From contig JAYWIR010000056.1 in the NCBI GenBank assembly GCA_036172245.1, positions 62,001-126,000 of the forward strand: a stretch of DNA of 64,000 nt. The letters are read 5' to 3'. This document shows positions 49,051 through 63,900 of this stretch, one piece after another. The DNA is from Raillietiella orientalis (taxonomy: Eukaryota). The notes under the pieces were generated by a model, which worked only from the letters and a program-made list of their open reading frames with translations, made no database searches and was not told the origin of the DNA. The position numbers and the translations under genes are program-made. Within the stretch, counting starts at the first letter, position 1. The number at the start of each line of letters is the position of its first letter.

Positions 49051-50639
49051 AGCATGCATACATCTTGTCACCTTCCACGCTCATTTACCACACATGTGAT
49101 TAGACCAGATTCTCATTAAGTACTGAAGAATGAGTTTTCTTTTTCCCATTCAGCATAAATCATCCATGAAAAGAGGTACAAATCATTGCTAGCTTACAGA
49201 CTCGCATCATACTTTGATCTCTCTGCACTCTAATTCTTTGCTACAATATTCTAAGATGAAAAACAACAAATGTCAACTCTGGCTGAGCAGTTTAGTCGAA
49301 AATCTTTGGAAACGGAAAATTAGTAGCTAGTTTGATGAATTCTTGGATGAGTCGGGTTCACTTTTCTTTCCTTTTTCTGTGATGCAACCTCGAGGATAAT
49401 TACGAACTTTCAAAATCAATTCAGAACCGAGCTTGAGAAAAGTTCAAGTGATCCACGAATCCACTTGGAATTCCATCATGTTCTTAATTCTTTAACTAGC
49501 AGCTCGTATGGAGAATCCGTGGAAAGGAACATCGGGAGAACTGCCTACCATCGTAGCTAAACCACAGTAATAACCAAAGTCGCTGGCGTCCAGGGCCACT
49601 CAAAAGGGTCACTTACATCGAAAAGCGCCAGGAGCACACAAGTTCTCGGTCCGTGCTGGAAACGTGTCCCTGGAAAGCCTGGCTTTCAGCGAGCGACATA
49701 CTTCCCATAGAATCATGGAAGGTTAGGTGTATGGAGGTGTTCGGCGTATATATGAGGCTTTCATGGAATTTGCCATCGCGATTGTCAGGAAAGACGGCCG
49801 ATCAGTAAGGGAAAAAAAACATGCTCCTCATTATAAAAAGCAATAAGGCGGTAGTACTAAAAAAAAAAAAAAAATCAATGCCTTCTAGCATTCAACAGGA
49901 ATAGCAGGAAGGTTGAGGAAGTCTAGGGAGATGCAGCTTGATCAGAAAAAGGAGTAGCTTGGAAAATAGTGGACCCTTGTCTTGAGAGAGATTGTGTGGA
50001 CTTTGAGAAAGAAACAGTTGAAGAAACCGACAGTGATGGGAGGATCAGGAGAGCGAACAATTCGGAAGAAAAGTGGTGAGGAATTCCGAACAAGGCTGAG
50101 AACCGTGCAGCAGCTTCCTTTAGGGAAGCTTGAACAGATCAAACTGTGTATCCAACGAATCCATGCTGAGTAGAATGGAACCAGGATGCGATGGAGGTAC
50201 TTCAATGACCTCAGCTGAAGCTTACGCCGGGTACAAAACATCTTCAGTTGTCAACGATCTCTTCCTGAAAAATGTCCGACCTTATTCGGTTGTTCAGTTC
50301 GTTGTTTTGCGTGAAATACAACGGCACACTTCCTTTCGAGCGGTCATTCGGAAGTTCGCTTCGAGTAGCCCCTAGGGAACTTCAGGATGTTTCGAAATGC
50401 CTATTGCTCTGCTTGCTCTTCCTTGGTGCGGGTGACAGGAAGTCACAGGTGCGCACACAGGGCGCACGGCAGCCGAGAAAGAAAAAACCGAGTGCTCATT
50501 GAAAAAATGCTGCTGACATTAGAGAAATGAACAGCAGATGAATGCATGAGGATTTTAAAATTCAGCAAATGCCGAATTTTTAATTAATCATCAACTCGGC
50601 AATTTATTATGATTACTGTAAATGAAGATTGTCTGTACG

Positions 50640-52000
50640 CAGTTTCCCTATTTCCAATCAAATGTGCTACTGGATGCTCATCGAATGCGTTTCTGGATGA
50701 AGCATTTCGTCCATTCCTCATGGATTTCTCAAAGTCCTCAAGCATGGTCGCAGGATGTTGTTTCCGATGTTGATCCATCTTTCCGACACGCGGGCATTCG
50801 ATTACATTCTTCACCTCTCTCCAGCTTCTCACACTGGTGCATTAGACCGACGTCGGCCCAAGATCCTTTTCCATCGCTCTGCACTGTCTTCCTAGTCACC
50901 ATGACAGGACTGAAAACGTCCGATTCACTTTTCTTTATCAAGAAGCACGTGATTCCTGGTACTTTCTTTCATTTGCCATTGATCCATTCCGGCAATCACA
51001 AAGATCCAGCCCTCAGACTGAGGTACCACCAAGTCATCCGCTGATTATCATGAATGCATCGATCACAAATAATTGATATTAATATATATTTTTTTAATAT
51101 GGATATATTACAGAGTCAACGTTGAACGTATATATGAAGCGGCAACGAATGTTCCCTCATTCAGCGACCGATTCGTTCCCTGACATCATGGGCTCAATCA
51201 ATCACCGGGAGTTGGTAAACCTACCGAATACCGTTTCATGGTGTCGTCAAAAAGCATTTCAGAAAACACAAACACGTATAATGTATAATACATGTATAGT
51301 GTGCTATAGGTGCTGCTAACCAATCATCAAAGCGTTCTCCATGATTCTAATAGAGCAGAAACTCTAGCTTATGGAAGTCACTGAAAAATGTTTGAGGATC
51401 AAAGCATTCCGGCGACATCAGCAAGAAGTTGCTTGCTCCAGAGTAGTCCTTGCATAAATTGCTGGAAACTCTGGAACATTTTCCAGTGTTTGCTAACCTC
51501 TGTTCGCAATCAGTGGCTGACTTCACCCATTCGGAAAATGCCCCGTGTTGCTTGTACCTACGGCTACACATGCACACCAAAAACACTTTTTTCCCTTTAC
51601 GGTGACCGGAAGCACAACGAAGAAGCACTTTGGCGCCTCCGATACTCCCTCAGATCGCTTCTTGCATACGGAAATATCGAAACGGTTCACCGACCTACCG
51701 AGAACCTATTCCAGCCTGCCTCTAGCATTTCCGAATGCGCAGATGTGCTCAGACACTTGCTCTCGGGCCCCTGGTTCTAATGACCGTAATCATAGCACAG
51801 AGCGGCACAGCTGCGTTCGTTCTTTTCATCATCCAGCATCCAACTTCGCTCCAGCAGGGACGCTTCCACGCATCAGCTTTGGAAACAAAGGCGTTTCAAA
51901 AAGGCAAGGTGATTGTGGTTCTCCGGATTTCGGCAGTGAGTTGGAGGTTCGTCCGGGGGGGCTCAACTGCAAAGGGTTTTCCAGAAGAAAAAAAGGCGCT
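50640..52000 (-). mobile_element. Decayed RTE-like LINE pieces
   Basis: GAFSEW..CKDYSG..LL (CxNYRGISLL-like) near 51400-51560, and GSWA../WREVKNVIECPRVGK (RW..WxPRxGKR-like) near 50780-50870. Confidence 0.35.
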
Positions 52001-52437
52001 CCCGCGCAACATCGAGCCTCTGATTGGCCTCTGAAGAACTGAAGACCAGTGCCCAAGAAGCTTGTCCGCATGAGGGGGTGGAGGGGGCAGTTTCGTTTGG
52101 GGTTCGAGAACGCCTCATTTACTGGTTAGAAGCACTCGAGGTTTTTCATGAATCGATAAGGAAGAATGCGGCCAAGAGAAGACTTCCGCGTTTGCTTCGT
52201 TTTACAAAAGCAACGCGCTTGACGAACGAATCAAAGCAACAAATTCTATCCGGGGTTCGAGGGCCGCAGCTCGCCCCTTAAGGGCCGGAGTGCAAATTCG
52301 ACACATTCGATGTTGAAACGCCTCACTTCCGATCATAACACGAGTAATAAAATGGTTTCAGAGCCGGTAAGGCTACCGCCGCTCATAACGGACAACTCAA
52401 ATGGACCGGTCTGAGCTTTTAGAATGGGAGAGGGTAC

Positions 52438-52953
52438 TTACGAGTAGATCGCCTGCAGGATCACGGCCAACACCCCGTATTTCTCGGAACTTCGATAGGC
52501 ATTGCAAACCGCTTGATCAGCACAATCCCAACCATCGAATTCTTCTCTCTTCAAGAGCGATCGTAGAAGCATCAAGATGGAAAGCCAGGGTTTCCCGCTC
52601 TTTAACAAGCGAGCGCCTATAGCCTGGGCAGCACCAGCTCTCTGGAAGAGGCTCGGAATAACCCCGACGAAAAACAAAAGGCCGAATGAAAAGAGTGCGA
52701 CGTAAGAGATGGCTTGCTTATCGAATGATGCGAACGAAGGCAAGGTGACAGAAAACATGGGGATGGTGAATGCGACTGAAGTGTTGTACAGACTGATGGC
52801 TTGCTTGTAAAACCTTGGCATTTCTTCGCTCTTGCGTCCATCACCAAGAATCTCGGACAGTTCTTCGTCCATCGTGCTCGAATTGAAATCTTGGCACAGC
52901 AGTTTGAGCACGTTCTCATTAAGGACAATAAGCACGAGTGCAAAAGTGTTCAT
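52438..52953 (-). pseudogene. Gustatory-receptor-like (7TM chemoreceptor) C-terminal region, probably degenerate
   Basis: Three hydrophobic stretches ending FDGWDC..KYGVLAVILQ, resembling the GR C-terminal TGW..TYhhhhhQ signature. Confidence 0.5.
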
Positions 52954-55900
52954 CTTTCAAGGAATCTGCAAGAAAAAAAAAACACACACACACATATCGA
53001 TGAGCGTGTACACAAAATACAGTGCTGAATTAACACTTGAATCGTTCGAAAACGTGCAAGAAAACGTGCTGCGGCTCACAGTTTTATACACAGGGAGCAC
53101 CAATTTCCTAACACTGAATTTTTTTTTTTTTTGTGTGTGTGTGTGTGTCTTCATTTCTCACGCTGAGTGTCCTCCGACTTTGCCTGTCCAGCTGTCAGGT
53201 GAAGGGATTGCAGATCATCAGTGCTCGTAGAGGACAAACCGATAACGGTTTGAAAAGATCCTCCAGAGCCAAACAACAAGACTGTGGGTTCTCCACCCAC
53301 GCGTGCTGGAAGTTCACACTCTCAGGTGGTTCGAAGAACATCCTCCAAGCAGGCGCTCTTGCACCCTTTCGCTTTGTCCTTTCCCGAAAGGGATGAGCTA
53401 TTATTCTTGATGATCTCCGTCCGTTCAAGTGCTGAGTTACGAGTAACTGAGTTTCGAGCACACTGCCGAAAGCAAGGTCTGCTCCTTGATGTCTTCCCCG
53501 TGGAAAAGAGAACTCCCAGGGTTTTCTGGATTTGAATGGACTGCCGAAGGGACCCGGGAGAACGAAGGAAGGAACTTGAGATGCGATGTGCCTTCTCCTT
53601 CCTCTTCAGTGAACTGTTTTTGTGGATCGCATCGTCCGCTTGCAAACATGCAGACACGCCTACTTGTAAGGATTGCTGGCTGCGTGAAGTCTCTCCGTAG
53701 TTTAGCGACGTTGTGTGTGCTTTCTTGGCTATTAGCACAAAAGGAAAGGATATTGCTCAAAGGAAAAAAAATGCATCGAGGGGATGGATTGTGGCCCCCA
53801 AACTATCACGGAAACATCTCCCGACAAAACACACAATAAGCAGCATGCTGGATAGGACAAAATGGTGCCAGAGAAAACGTCTCTTGAGGAAGGCGTGACC
53901 GTCCCAGAAACGCGAGCTCATCAGACCTTTAGCGGTAAAAAAAAAAAAAAAAAACTTCACTGTGGGCTCATGTTGGAAAATTCAAGATTTTTCAAGTCTG
54001 CCTCTTGAGGGATTTCGGAGAAAACGCTCGGATATACGAGTTCGGAAGCACGAATTTCTTCTCGCCATTTCCTCTTCGCCCTGTCCACTCAGGAAGCTGC
54101 CAGATCTTTCCCACTCTGAAGATGAACTCAGCACGGAGAGAGCGGCAAAAACCTCGTATCCAAGACCATCCATTTCTTGGACTTCACAGACGCATCAGTG
54201 GTTCATTGGCGCGCTGTTTACCTCACGAAAAGCCACACGCAGGGGCACGCGTTGCAGCGGTGACCATTGATAATTATCTTGCTGTATTCATCTAGCGGTC
54301 ATGCGTGCTGTTATTGCCCTCTAAAGAGATGCTTTGCTTCTTCGCACTCCTCTTTCCCATACTCGAAAGTCTAGCATCCGCGTGATGAAGGAGCTTTCCT
54401 CGGGCATGGATACAGCAGGACAAATCGCAAGAGACCCGTGGTAACGCGCAGAGAAGGTTCCACTCAAATCCTCATTCCTTTTGAAGAAAGGAAAAGCATC
54501 TGTCCACGAAATAATAAATACAATCGGTCCTCGTGATCTCATTCCAAAAAAAAAAATCTGGAACCCATGAATGTTTGCAAGCGAAGCAGATGATTCTGTT
54601 GCCCTTGAATTTCACTGATGGCTGTCGTAACGGCTACAACCACTCATCTTAAGTTAAAAGATGAAAGCACAACATCAGCTACACGATTTTACGGTGTGTT
54701 GGATACGAACCGAAGAAAACACACACCCGCAACGTCCTTAAGAACGGAAAATAAGTCCTTCGAACCACGTTCCTGTGTTTGGCTCAAACCCCACTTTCCG
54801 CATTTCGGTGATTGGATAAAGACAAAAAGGAGGATGCCTTGCCTGAAGAAGCTACTGCTCAAAATTTCAGTGAACTGGAACTTGAACCCAAATGCCAAAG
54901 AATTCGAGTTCGAATGGCACAAGTTGTTCGGGATAATTTTTACTTTCCTCCTCTTCTCCCCTCCCCCCCCGCATGCTTTCCGAAATTCCCTTTCTTTTTA
55001 TAGCCTTCCGGAAACACAAAACGACTTCTAGCTTATCTTTCTCCCTCACTTGAGAAAAAAGTCTGGTTGGGGCCTTCCTCTTCCACCGTAGAGGCGGCCC
55101 AAAAATTCAGAATCTCCGGAAAGAGGCCCTTGTGCCGTGCATTCTGCTCTGTCCTTCTGACAGGACGGTTACCCGCATGGAAAATCCTTACGAACCACCG
55201 CGCGAAAACTGCTTTCGAAGTAACACGGAAAGAAAACGTCACAGCCACAGCCGCAGTGTTCGCAGCCACTACACTTTTTGATGAAACGGCACCCGCTTTG
55301 CAAAAAAAATCACTTCGAGACCAGGGAGGAAAGAAAAAAGGTAAAAAAAAAAAAAAATTCGAAACTTAGCGAAAACAATTGGAACCAGGGAGGAGTAGCA
55401 CATAAACGTAAGTCTCACCTTGAAAAAAATCCTTGAAAGCAACATGGAGGTGGTGGTCGCGCGACTCCAAAATCTCAAGTTTAGTGCCTCATTAAAGAAA
55501 CATTATCTCCTTCATCTGATGGCAACGAACTTAAGTCCAATCATGATATGAAAACAGTACGTCTGCTTTCCAAGCCCGCCTTCCTTGGAGCAGGAAATAG
55601 TAAGCAAAGTTGAAGAATGGAGGAAACTCATTGAGCATTCATCTCAAGTGCCGGACGCCGAACGGAAAGCAATTCCCAACATGCTGAACGAGCGAGCGCA
55701 TCCCTGACCTCGGCTCGTGGGCAAACCACTCGTGAACCCCTTTCCATTTCCTCCCAGAGCAAATACGTGGGCAATGCTGCTGCTTTCAGCTATCGTGAGG
55801 AGGCGAGTCGTGGAACCAGGGGAACCGAACACATCCCCAGTGGGAGGCTGCTGACTGATGTGCATCTTGGCCTGACGGCAGGTAGGCTTCATCTTTCCAG

Positions 55901-56299
55901 GAAATCATTAGGCCATTTCCGGAGGAAAACCCACATCCTTTGCTCGTCTTCTGGTGCGGGAATGCTCGGTTCGGTTCATGTTAGAGGGTCCATCTTCTCC
56001 TTGGTTCAGCAAGAGCACCGATCGTACTGTTTGACGAAGCACGAACACGAGACGGCTAGGCGATTCAGGCACGTAAGCTCCCTCTCAAATCCCGTCGAAA
56101 GGGAAGCTCACGCATGCATCCAGGAAACCCTGCGGCCGCAAGGGGCCTCCTCAGAGGATTGAAAAGGCTGATCTTCTGCGCGTTACGTTGTTGCACTTCA
56201 TGTTTGGCTGGCGCACATGATCGGGAGTGCCATTCTGCTGTCCTCCGCGTCTTCCGTCCAAAGGACTTGTGCTTTCCGTTGCTTCCATCCACGAAAAGA

Positions 56300-57420
56300 A
56301 TGAAGGATCGGTTTTTTGTGCACCGATGACTGCTCTGCATCTGGGAGAAAAGCCGTTCCTTACCGGAGTGTTCGAGCTTTCGGTCTCCTGGGTCGGCCGC
56401 CTACCAATCGAAATCGAGCTGAGGACGGCGTCTACGTGCAAGAGCGCGCTAACGGTCCAAGAGGTTCCGCAGTGAACTCCGTTAAGACAGAACACGTGAT
56501 CCGCAAACCAACTTCAGCTGAAATGAGCAACGACCTTTTCACATTGTCTTGGGACGGAAGCTAGCGAGCTTGCCAACTGCTTTCACTTGGCTTTTCACAT
56601 GCATCGCCCTCTGGTGAGTTCCATTGCCAGCTGTTGGTGAAATGGCGGCTGGTGAAATGAATGGCGAGTTGTGGAATGTCTCCACAGACTTTCCAGAATG
56701 CTCTGTCACGTCTTCTGAAAGTCTTTTTTTTTTTGCCATCGCCCTCGGAACGGGCTCTTCTTGTTGGCATACACTGTTCAGAATACGCCCAGGGAGTCGC
56801 GAGACCTGCAGGCGGAAGAACCGGGACCTTTTCAAACGAATCAGGGATCAGCACAGAAGGCAGCCGCGACAGATCCATAGGAGCTACCCTGATTTGCACA
56901 GGGGCGCTGTGCTCCTGCTTGTATCCTCTGATGAGATATCCAATCCGTAGGTTTCCTTGTTCCCTTTCACTGGTTCCCTTCCCTTTCCTCTGCATCTCTG
57001 TAGTATCCCACAGTCTTCAATCCACGAAGAACTATATTCCCACTCAGTTTACGTTGAGCTGGAAGATTTCATTTGCTTACGCCATCCCTATTGAGCTTGG
57101 GAACTGGATCGCTGGAGCTTCTCTTATGGCTTCCAACCATCGAGAAGTGTTCCCGAGTGCTGCGTCGCTGTTCAATCGGCGTGCTCCGCACTTCCCTCGT
57201 CTTCAATTCCCCCGAACTGCAGAACTTTGAGACGACATTCATGATCTCTTGGATGTCGGAATGTTGGAACGAATGAAATGAGTAAGTGACGGATGACTGT
57301 CGATCAAGGGGATGCTTTTGCCGTGCCAGCCTCAGCCACACGTGTCAAAAGTAGACCTTTCAGCAGCCTCCGATAGCTGGCAATCCAACCAAGCAGTATT
57401 GGTACTTATTCACAGAGGAA
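56300..57420 (-). pseudogene. Possible tandem AAA+ ATPase (CDC48/SPATA5-like) relic
   Basis: KGLLL..GTAK (eroded Walker A), EIMNVVSKF..GE and NRDGV in AAA order; heavily frameshifted. Confidence 0.3.
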
Positions 57421-58178
57421 GCGTCCATAATTTGCATTACCAATTCTGAAGAAAAACTCCCACGATCGGAAAAATGTTCCGCAATGAACGGACAATTTCG
57501 ATCCAGACTTTGAAAAGATTTTAGCTCGATGGGATGGCGCCTCGTATGAAACGGCTCCTGAATCAAAGTTGCAAAGGGATGACAGTTGCCACAGACGAAA
57601 TTCGGCGAAGGCCATGACTCGAAAGAATCTGATCCACACTTACAAAGATGATGGGATGCCTCCTAAACGAACGTGAAGCATCGAAAACGGAATTTTGCCC
57701 ATGAAACTCCAGCTGCAAAATTGACCAACAGCGTGATAGTTATAACAACTTATAAAAAAAATATACATTCAACCAAATATTGAAAATATTTCTTCCACAC
57801 ACTTGCTTCAAGTAATTGCATAAAAATAAAGAATTAATTAGCGCGCTGATGTGCAGCTACTAACTGTTTTTTAAAGTTCTAAGAAGCTGTGAGAATGTCA
57901 GATGAGACAGGCTAAAACGAATCTGTTAGCTCATTGCAAGGAACGTACGTGTCCCATTGCAATGAGGACGATGCAAGAATTCTCTCAACTGATGACTTTA
58001 AGAATTGGCACAAGGGAAAACATCGGTGCTTTTTGAACTTCGTGGCAAATGAGCATTGCGAACGCAGCCTGATATTCCTTGTGAAACAGTAGTGCAGGTA
58101 GAAGAATGTTGAACATTCTCGAAGTGGCACGAAAAAGAACCCCTCCAAAAAAAAAAAAGCATCACAAGTGCCACATTT

Positions 58179-58200
58179 AGAAGAAGAAGAAGAAGAAGAA
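58179..58200 (+). repeat. (GAA)7 microsatellite
   Basis: Seen directly. Confidence 0.9.
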
Positions 58201-60299
58201 ACTGCAGATTAATACAAGAAGAAAGTGAAATGGCTCAAATCAGGAGTGAAATGAATTCGACAAGCCTGGATGATCTGCAAGCTGTGCTTACAAACAACTT
58301 CTAAAAACTTCTGTGGTTGATAGGAGGAAGCAAAGGAGTATCCTTACCTTGCAAGAAGTCATGGAAGTTCGGCTAATTCAAGATAAGTGGTTCGTTTAGT
58401 GTTTCCAAGGTGGAAGAACAAATATAATGGGGATTTCGGGGCACCCCGCTCTTCATGAATGCATGCAAATCCGAAAACATCCATCTTCATTTTGACGTTC
58501 GGTCGCTCATGGAAAATTATGCAGAATTTTCAAGGACCGAACGAGTTGTTACCGGCGGTTTCTCTGTATGCAGTACGAGAGAAATGGAGCTATAGAGAAA
58601 TAAAAGCAGCAATCAAAAGTGCATCACAAATCAATTTCCAAGTCGACGATATCTTCTCATGAAGAGAGTGAGTAACTTACTTAAAAGTGCATCTTAGGCA
58701 AAGCATCAATATGCATACTCTAAAAGCTTTCCATAATTCGAGTTTTGTCTCTCATTATGCTTTTAATCGGATCGAATACGGCACAGTTGTGCACACATTT
58801 AATTTCAGTGTTGTACCCTCAAAAACTATAAGTACTGTACATGAAGTTTCAGTTTCACAACCTTATCAAACAAAAAAAAATACAGCACAATTATGCTGGA
58901 GACATACACTTTTAAATACGTGGTTATTTGATTCAATTGGGAGGTGTGCATTTCCAACACTCATCTTCTAAATTGATTCTTTTAGTTATTCAATGTGCGG
59001 AAGAAATGTACTTTATACCAGTTTTTGCATTCTAATATGCGTTTTGCCAGGTCAAATTACAGCTTGGATGTTGTGGTAGCGCTGTTGTATTGAACGGAAA
59101 GCTTTGCACCCTCCACAGTTTACAAAACAATTCAAAGCAAAACCCCAAACAACTCGCCTACTTCTTTCAGCTGGATTTTTCAAAATTTCTCTATATCCTG
59201 TATTCTACATAGCCTCCAAAAATTTACTTTCATGAAGTTTGTGCATCAGTCCCACGAAATGCCTTCAGATAGGGAATAAATAACTGATGGCAGCAGGAAA
59301 TAAGAACGGCGGAGTGCAGTCTCACATCATGTAATTTCAAGTTTCCACGCAACCACGTGGGCATTTATTTCCGCAGACTTCATCAAAAGACTAAAAGTAT
59401 TTAATAGATCGAAAGCGTTACGCGTTTCTATCCAATCCGCCTTTCTTGGACGAAAGCTTCAAAATAAAAGTTCCACCACGCCCTGCAAGAAAACCGCGCT
59501 CGCTGTAGAAACACTATTTAGAAAAACTGAACTCGGGGGACTGAAAACATTCTCTGGTCACAGAACATGGCTCCACACATCTATCTCCACACATCTTGAT
59601 TTGCTTTCCTGTTCTCCCAGCAGCTTGAAAATGGAATGAGGCAAAATTCATCCACCAACTCCATCACTGACAGAGCATCGCACCCTGCATTGACACTACG
59701 TTACATGCCGGTGTGGGTGCCCGTGTTCAATTCAATCACGTATCCGTGTTCATGGAGAGAAATGGTAAGGCGATGTTGAGGGTAACCTTCTCTTTCGTAA
59801 CATCCAGCTGGGTTCCTCAACAAGCACCCGTGCTGAAAGTTTCATGCTGTATTGGAAAGTAACTTGTTGTGTACAGTTGCATGTCACCATTCACTGCACT
59901 GTATTCCTACGTACGTTGCTCATTTTGACTTAATGCATCCTTCAAACTAAACATGCGAGGCAGATATGAACTTCATTTCTAGATAGTGGAGGAGCGCTAG
60001 TGTCCACCCACATTTTCTTTCTATTATCGAGCATGCGATTGCTATATTATCTGCTAACACTCCCATAGAAATTATTGCCACATTTATATGTCCAATGCTT
60101 CCCATGGAGGGTTTCTGCAATTAACAACATTGAGAGAATAATTTTTTGTTACAGACTTTAAATCCAGAAGATTGCTTCCAAAAGTGTGTAACAATTTTTC
60201 ATAAACGCCAGACACAGTTTTATACTTTTTTTGTTTGCAAAGGAAATCTCCAAGGTGATATCTTCAATTTGGAGTTTCGGTGGAGAGAATCATTCTGGA

Positions 60300-60929
60300 A
60301 TGTCTAAATTCAAAGAAATCCTTAAGAAATTTCAGTGCCCCGTATGCAAAGAACACGTCCACCCTCCCATACCCCAATGTCAGAACGGACACGTCATTTG
60401 CTTTCAATGCAAATCGTCGCGTGCTGCATGTCCTGTGTGCAGCAGTTCATTCACAGAAAAAAGAAATGAGACGTTAGAAGCAATTGCCAACGACGTCCCA
60501 TTCCCTTGTAAATATTCCAAATTTGGTTGCGAAGAGCTGAATCACATGAACAGCCGAAGAACTCACGAAACGAATTGTAGATATCAGCCATTCAGGTGCC
60601 CTTACTGTGACGAAGAAATAGCAAGTCAGCCTGCAGCACTTCTGCACCACCTTTCCAAAGTCCATGAGAGCAAGCCAATTTTCCAAAACTGTGCCGAGAT
60701 CGCCATCAAAATGGAAGACATCCAAGAAGCTCAAAACAAAAAGCCTCTGAACATCCACTGCGTATTAGAAAAGTTCCAGGAAGTGTTCATCTTCTCGATC
60801 AATTACAACCCTAGGTCCAAGGAGTGGAAGTTTTCCTTGCAAATGTTTGCTCCAAAGATCAAATCAGAGCAGTACAAAGGCTTGATTGAAATGAGAATAC
60901 AAAATAGACGCATCTCGTACGAAGGCCCG
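60300..60929 (+). CDS. Seven-in-absentia (SINA/SIAH)-like RING E3 ligase, main exon
   Basis: C3HC4 RING CPVC..CQNGH..CFQC..CPVC, RN..LE.IA..FPCKY..GC..HE..C, second finger CPYC..H..H, then beta-rich domain. ATG at 60300. Consensus donor GTGAGT at 60930; unspliced stop at 60971. Confidence 0.88.
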
Positions 60930-63900
60930 GTGAGTATTTCTGATAAATATTTTGGCTTGCCGTATTACTAGAAACTGCATGAGTACTCAGAAACGTGCTT
61001 TCCAACCATGTTCTGTAGTGCAAGGAATTACTCACTATGCTGTTTTGGTAGCTGTAATCATAGTGCTTGCGTTTCAACATCTCAATGATACCACATGCAA
61101 AGAAGCATTGGATCTTGCGTTTTGAACTCTCTATCGCTTTATAACCTCAAAAAGAATTTAATCAGATATAATAACTCAGCGATATCACTGATTAAAATAC
61201 TGTCACGAAACAAATGGAAAATTTATTCTGCAAATCCCGTGGATCGCACGTTACGGGATTATCTTAGAAGTGATTAAGAATAATGATGCATCACACTTTT
61301 AACTTCTATGTGGTTCTAAATGCGACTTTTCGAGTTCTGTCAATGTGCGCACCTTGACTGAATTCTCTTCTTTCCAAAAGATGGAAACAGATTTTTGTGT
61401 GCATACATTTCTTGTGTGACAACATATTTTGTTTCTTTGACTGACCGACGTACAACTGATGTACACGTTTTCTAAATTACTTCTGTAAAAGTAATTTGTT
61501 GAGCTGCTAACTAACTCCTTTGTGTTCTGCTTCCTGGAAGCTCTTTCTCAGTTAATAAATTTTAATTTATGTTAATTAGAGATGGAAGAAATACACTGAT
61601 CTTCTCCAGTCGTGCAGTAGTACTGCGCCAAATATCTTTACAGATCAGTCAGGCATTCTCTCGAAAGTCCTTTAAGCTAATCCCAGACTCGGAGCATTAA
61701 GTACTCATACCCCCCTATGAAAGAAGCGTTGAAAAAATGCCTCGATAATACCGTTTAATAACGATGATGAACACGATTCTGTATCTAGGACCAAAAAGAA
61801 TTGATATTGAGATGTTTAGCACTAAGTAGAAAATCCTTTCTGTCTTTAAGCTTGAAGTAAAATACGCAAATACTCTTTCCCATTCGTGATCCACCAGCAT
61901 TTTGGTAATGCCTTCGGATGTTTCGAGTGTTAACATCTGCTGAACACACTCAATCTCACTCTGCCAACCAGAAACAAAAAACTGTAGATGATTAAAACGG
62001 GATCAAATCGGCAAAGTTATGGGTGAACAAACCGAGGTCTGTGTCTTCACGATATTCGAAAAAAAAAAAAAAAAAAAAAAAGTTCTTTGGAGAACATCTG
62101 TAGGTTTGTAACACTACATTCTAGAAACCCTCTAAAGTGTGATTTGCGGATGTGGTAAGCAGTTTCACTTTGACAGTCAGATTTCTCAATAGCCAAAATG
62201 TTGCTTCCTAGTGAATATCGGATTCAATCTGTTGCCTTTAGCAGTCATTCTGAAACTATGGAAAATGGTAAAACTATGGAAAATGTTCTTGGACTATCCT
62301 GTGCAGAAGTTTTTTTCAACTAAATATGTGGTCTTCGTAAGTCTTGGGGTTGATAAAGCGATATGTATTTCATGACGTGAAGACACTTCATTCATCACTA
62401 CGTTATGCCTTAGAGTCCATTTTAACTTCTATATCAATTTTATCTTTCCTTCTTTCATCCGTTCAATCCTGGGTGACTTCGTAAATGTCACTTAAGATAA
62501 AAGGAATCTTCCACGCAGAGTGGAGTTTCTCTGGATTCTTAGTACTTCTTTTTTTCTCTTTTTTCATTGCATTGCTTCTTTTTTCTTTTTTTTTGATAGG
62601 ATAGACGGATATGCATGTTTTTTTTGCTAAGAGTTTGATCGAACAAATTCATAGCTCCAAGCCACTACAAATGGATTTAAGAGATCTTAACGTTATCTTA
62701 TAGCTTTCCTTTTTCTTCCTCTCAAATATACCTCACTGCTCACTTCGTGATGCGGCATGCTTTGGGAAATTGGAAACGACTCGAAATTCCCGATTTTCTG
62801 AAATTTACGGTAGTCAGCTTTAGAGATGGCTTCATTCCTTAGAGCTTCGGGACAAGTCTCGGTTTCTGGATGCAGCTGCCACGATGTTGCCACGTATTTC
62901 GTGGAACTTTCGCGAACTCTACGCACTTCACTTCAGGCACGGAAAATAGCCATCGGGCAATCGGCATCTCTTCCGAATGCCTAGAAAAAAGATTTTAAGC
63001 AAAACGGAAGGGCACAGAGTGAAAAACGAAAGGAAAGAAATCGCTTTGGAAACATCCTGTTCAATGTACATTCAGAAGAAGGCATCTGCAAATGCTAAAT
63101 TGCAGTCCTTGTCATAACCAATTGCTATGCCGTGGAAATCCTTTTAAAAAAGGGGAACTCAGCTCGACATTCTCAAGCATTACGGAGTAAATGTTAAAAG
63201 AGAGGAACTGACAGTGCACAGGTAAAAGGCTCGCTGGATATAGTTGGAATTTGGTTCACAATCTACGAATAGGACGCAACGAAAAAAAAAAATTCCAGCC
63301 GTTCCTCAAATAATGTATGGTAAAACTACATTACCTACATTAATACCTACATTTGGCATACAAATTTGGAAACAAGGAAACGAAAGAGCTCCTCCTACAA
63401 CTACCAAGTTTTTTTTTTTTTTTCCACGAAAACTATACGTAACACGAAAATTGTCTGCTAATTTTGGGAAATACTAAAAAAATAAAAATAAAAATACGAC
63501 GAAAAATTCACAAAAATGCAGCACACGTGGATTCAAAATGCATCAATTTGAAGAAATTTATTGTCCTGCTGTTGTTCGTTTTGCAAAGTGCCGATCACAT
63601 ACAATGTTCGCAGCACAGACGTGTACCGTACCAATCTTTACAGTTCAGTTGAAGTTTGAAGCACCGAAGCACGACGGTTGCGTAGACATCATAAATGTGA
63701 TACACAAATTGCATCTGTGATACATATTGTATTCGTTTCATTACAAAAGGACTGAGTAGGAGTGTACCTATACTGATAGTAGCAATTCTGTGTCCACACT
63801 TTGCCAACACTTTTTTGCAAGTAATGTAAATGAATGCGTTCCAACACGAAGCATTTTTATATGTTACTCGTATATTGCTTATTTCTGCAGACGTTTCTAT

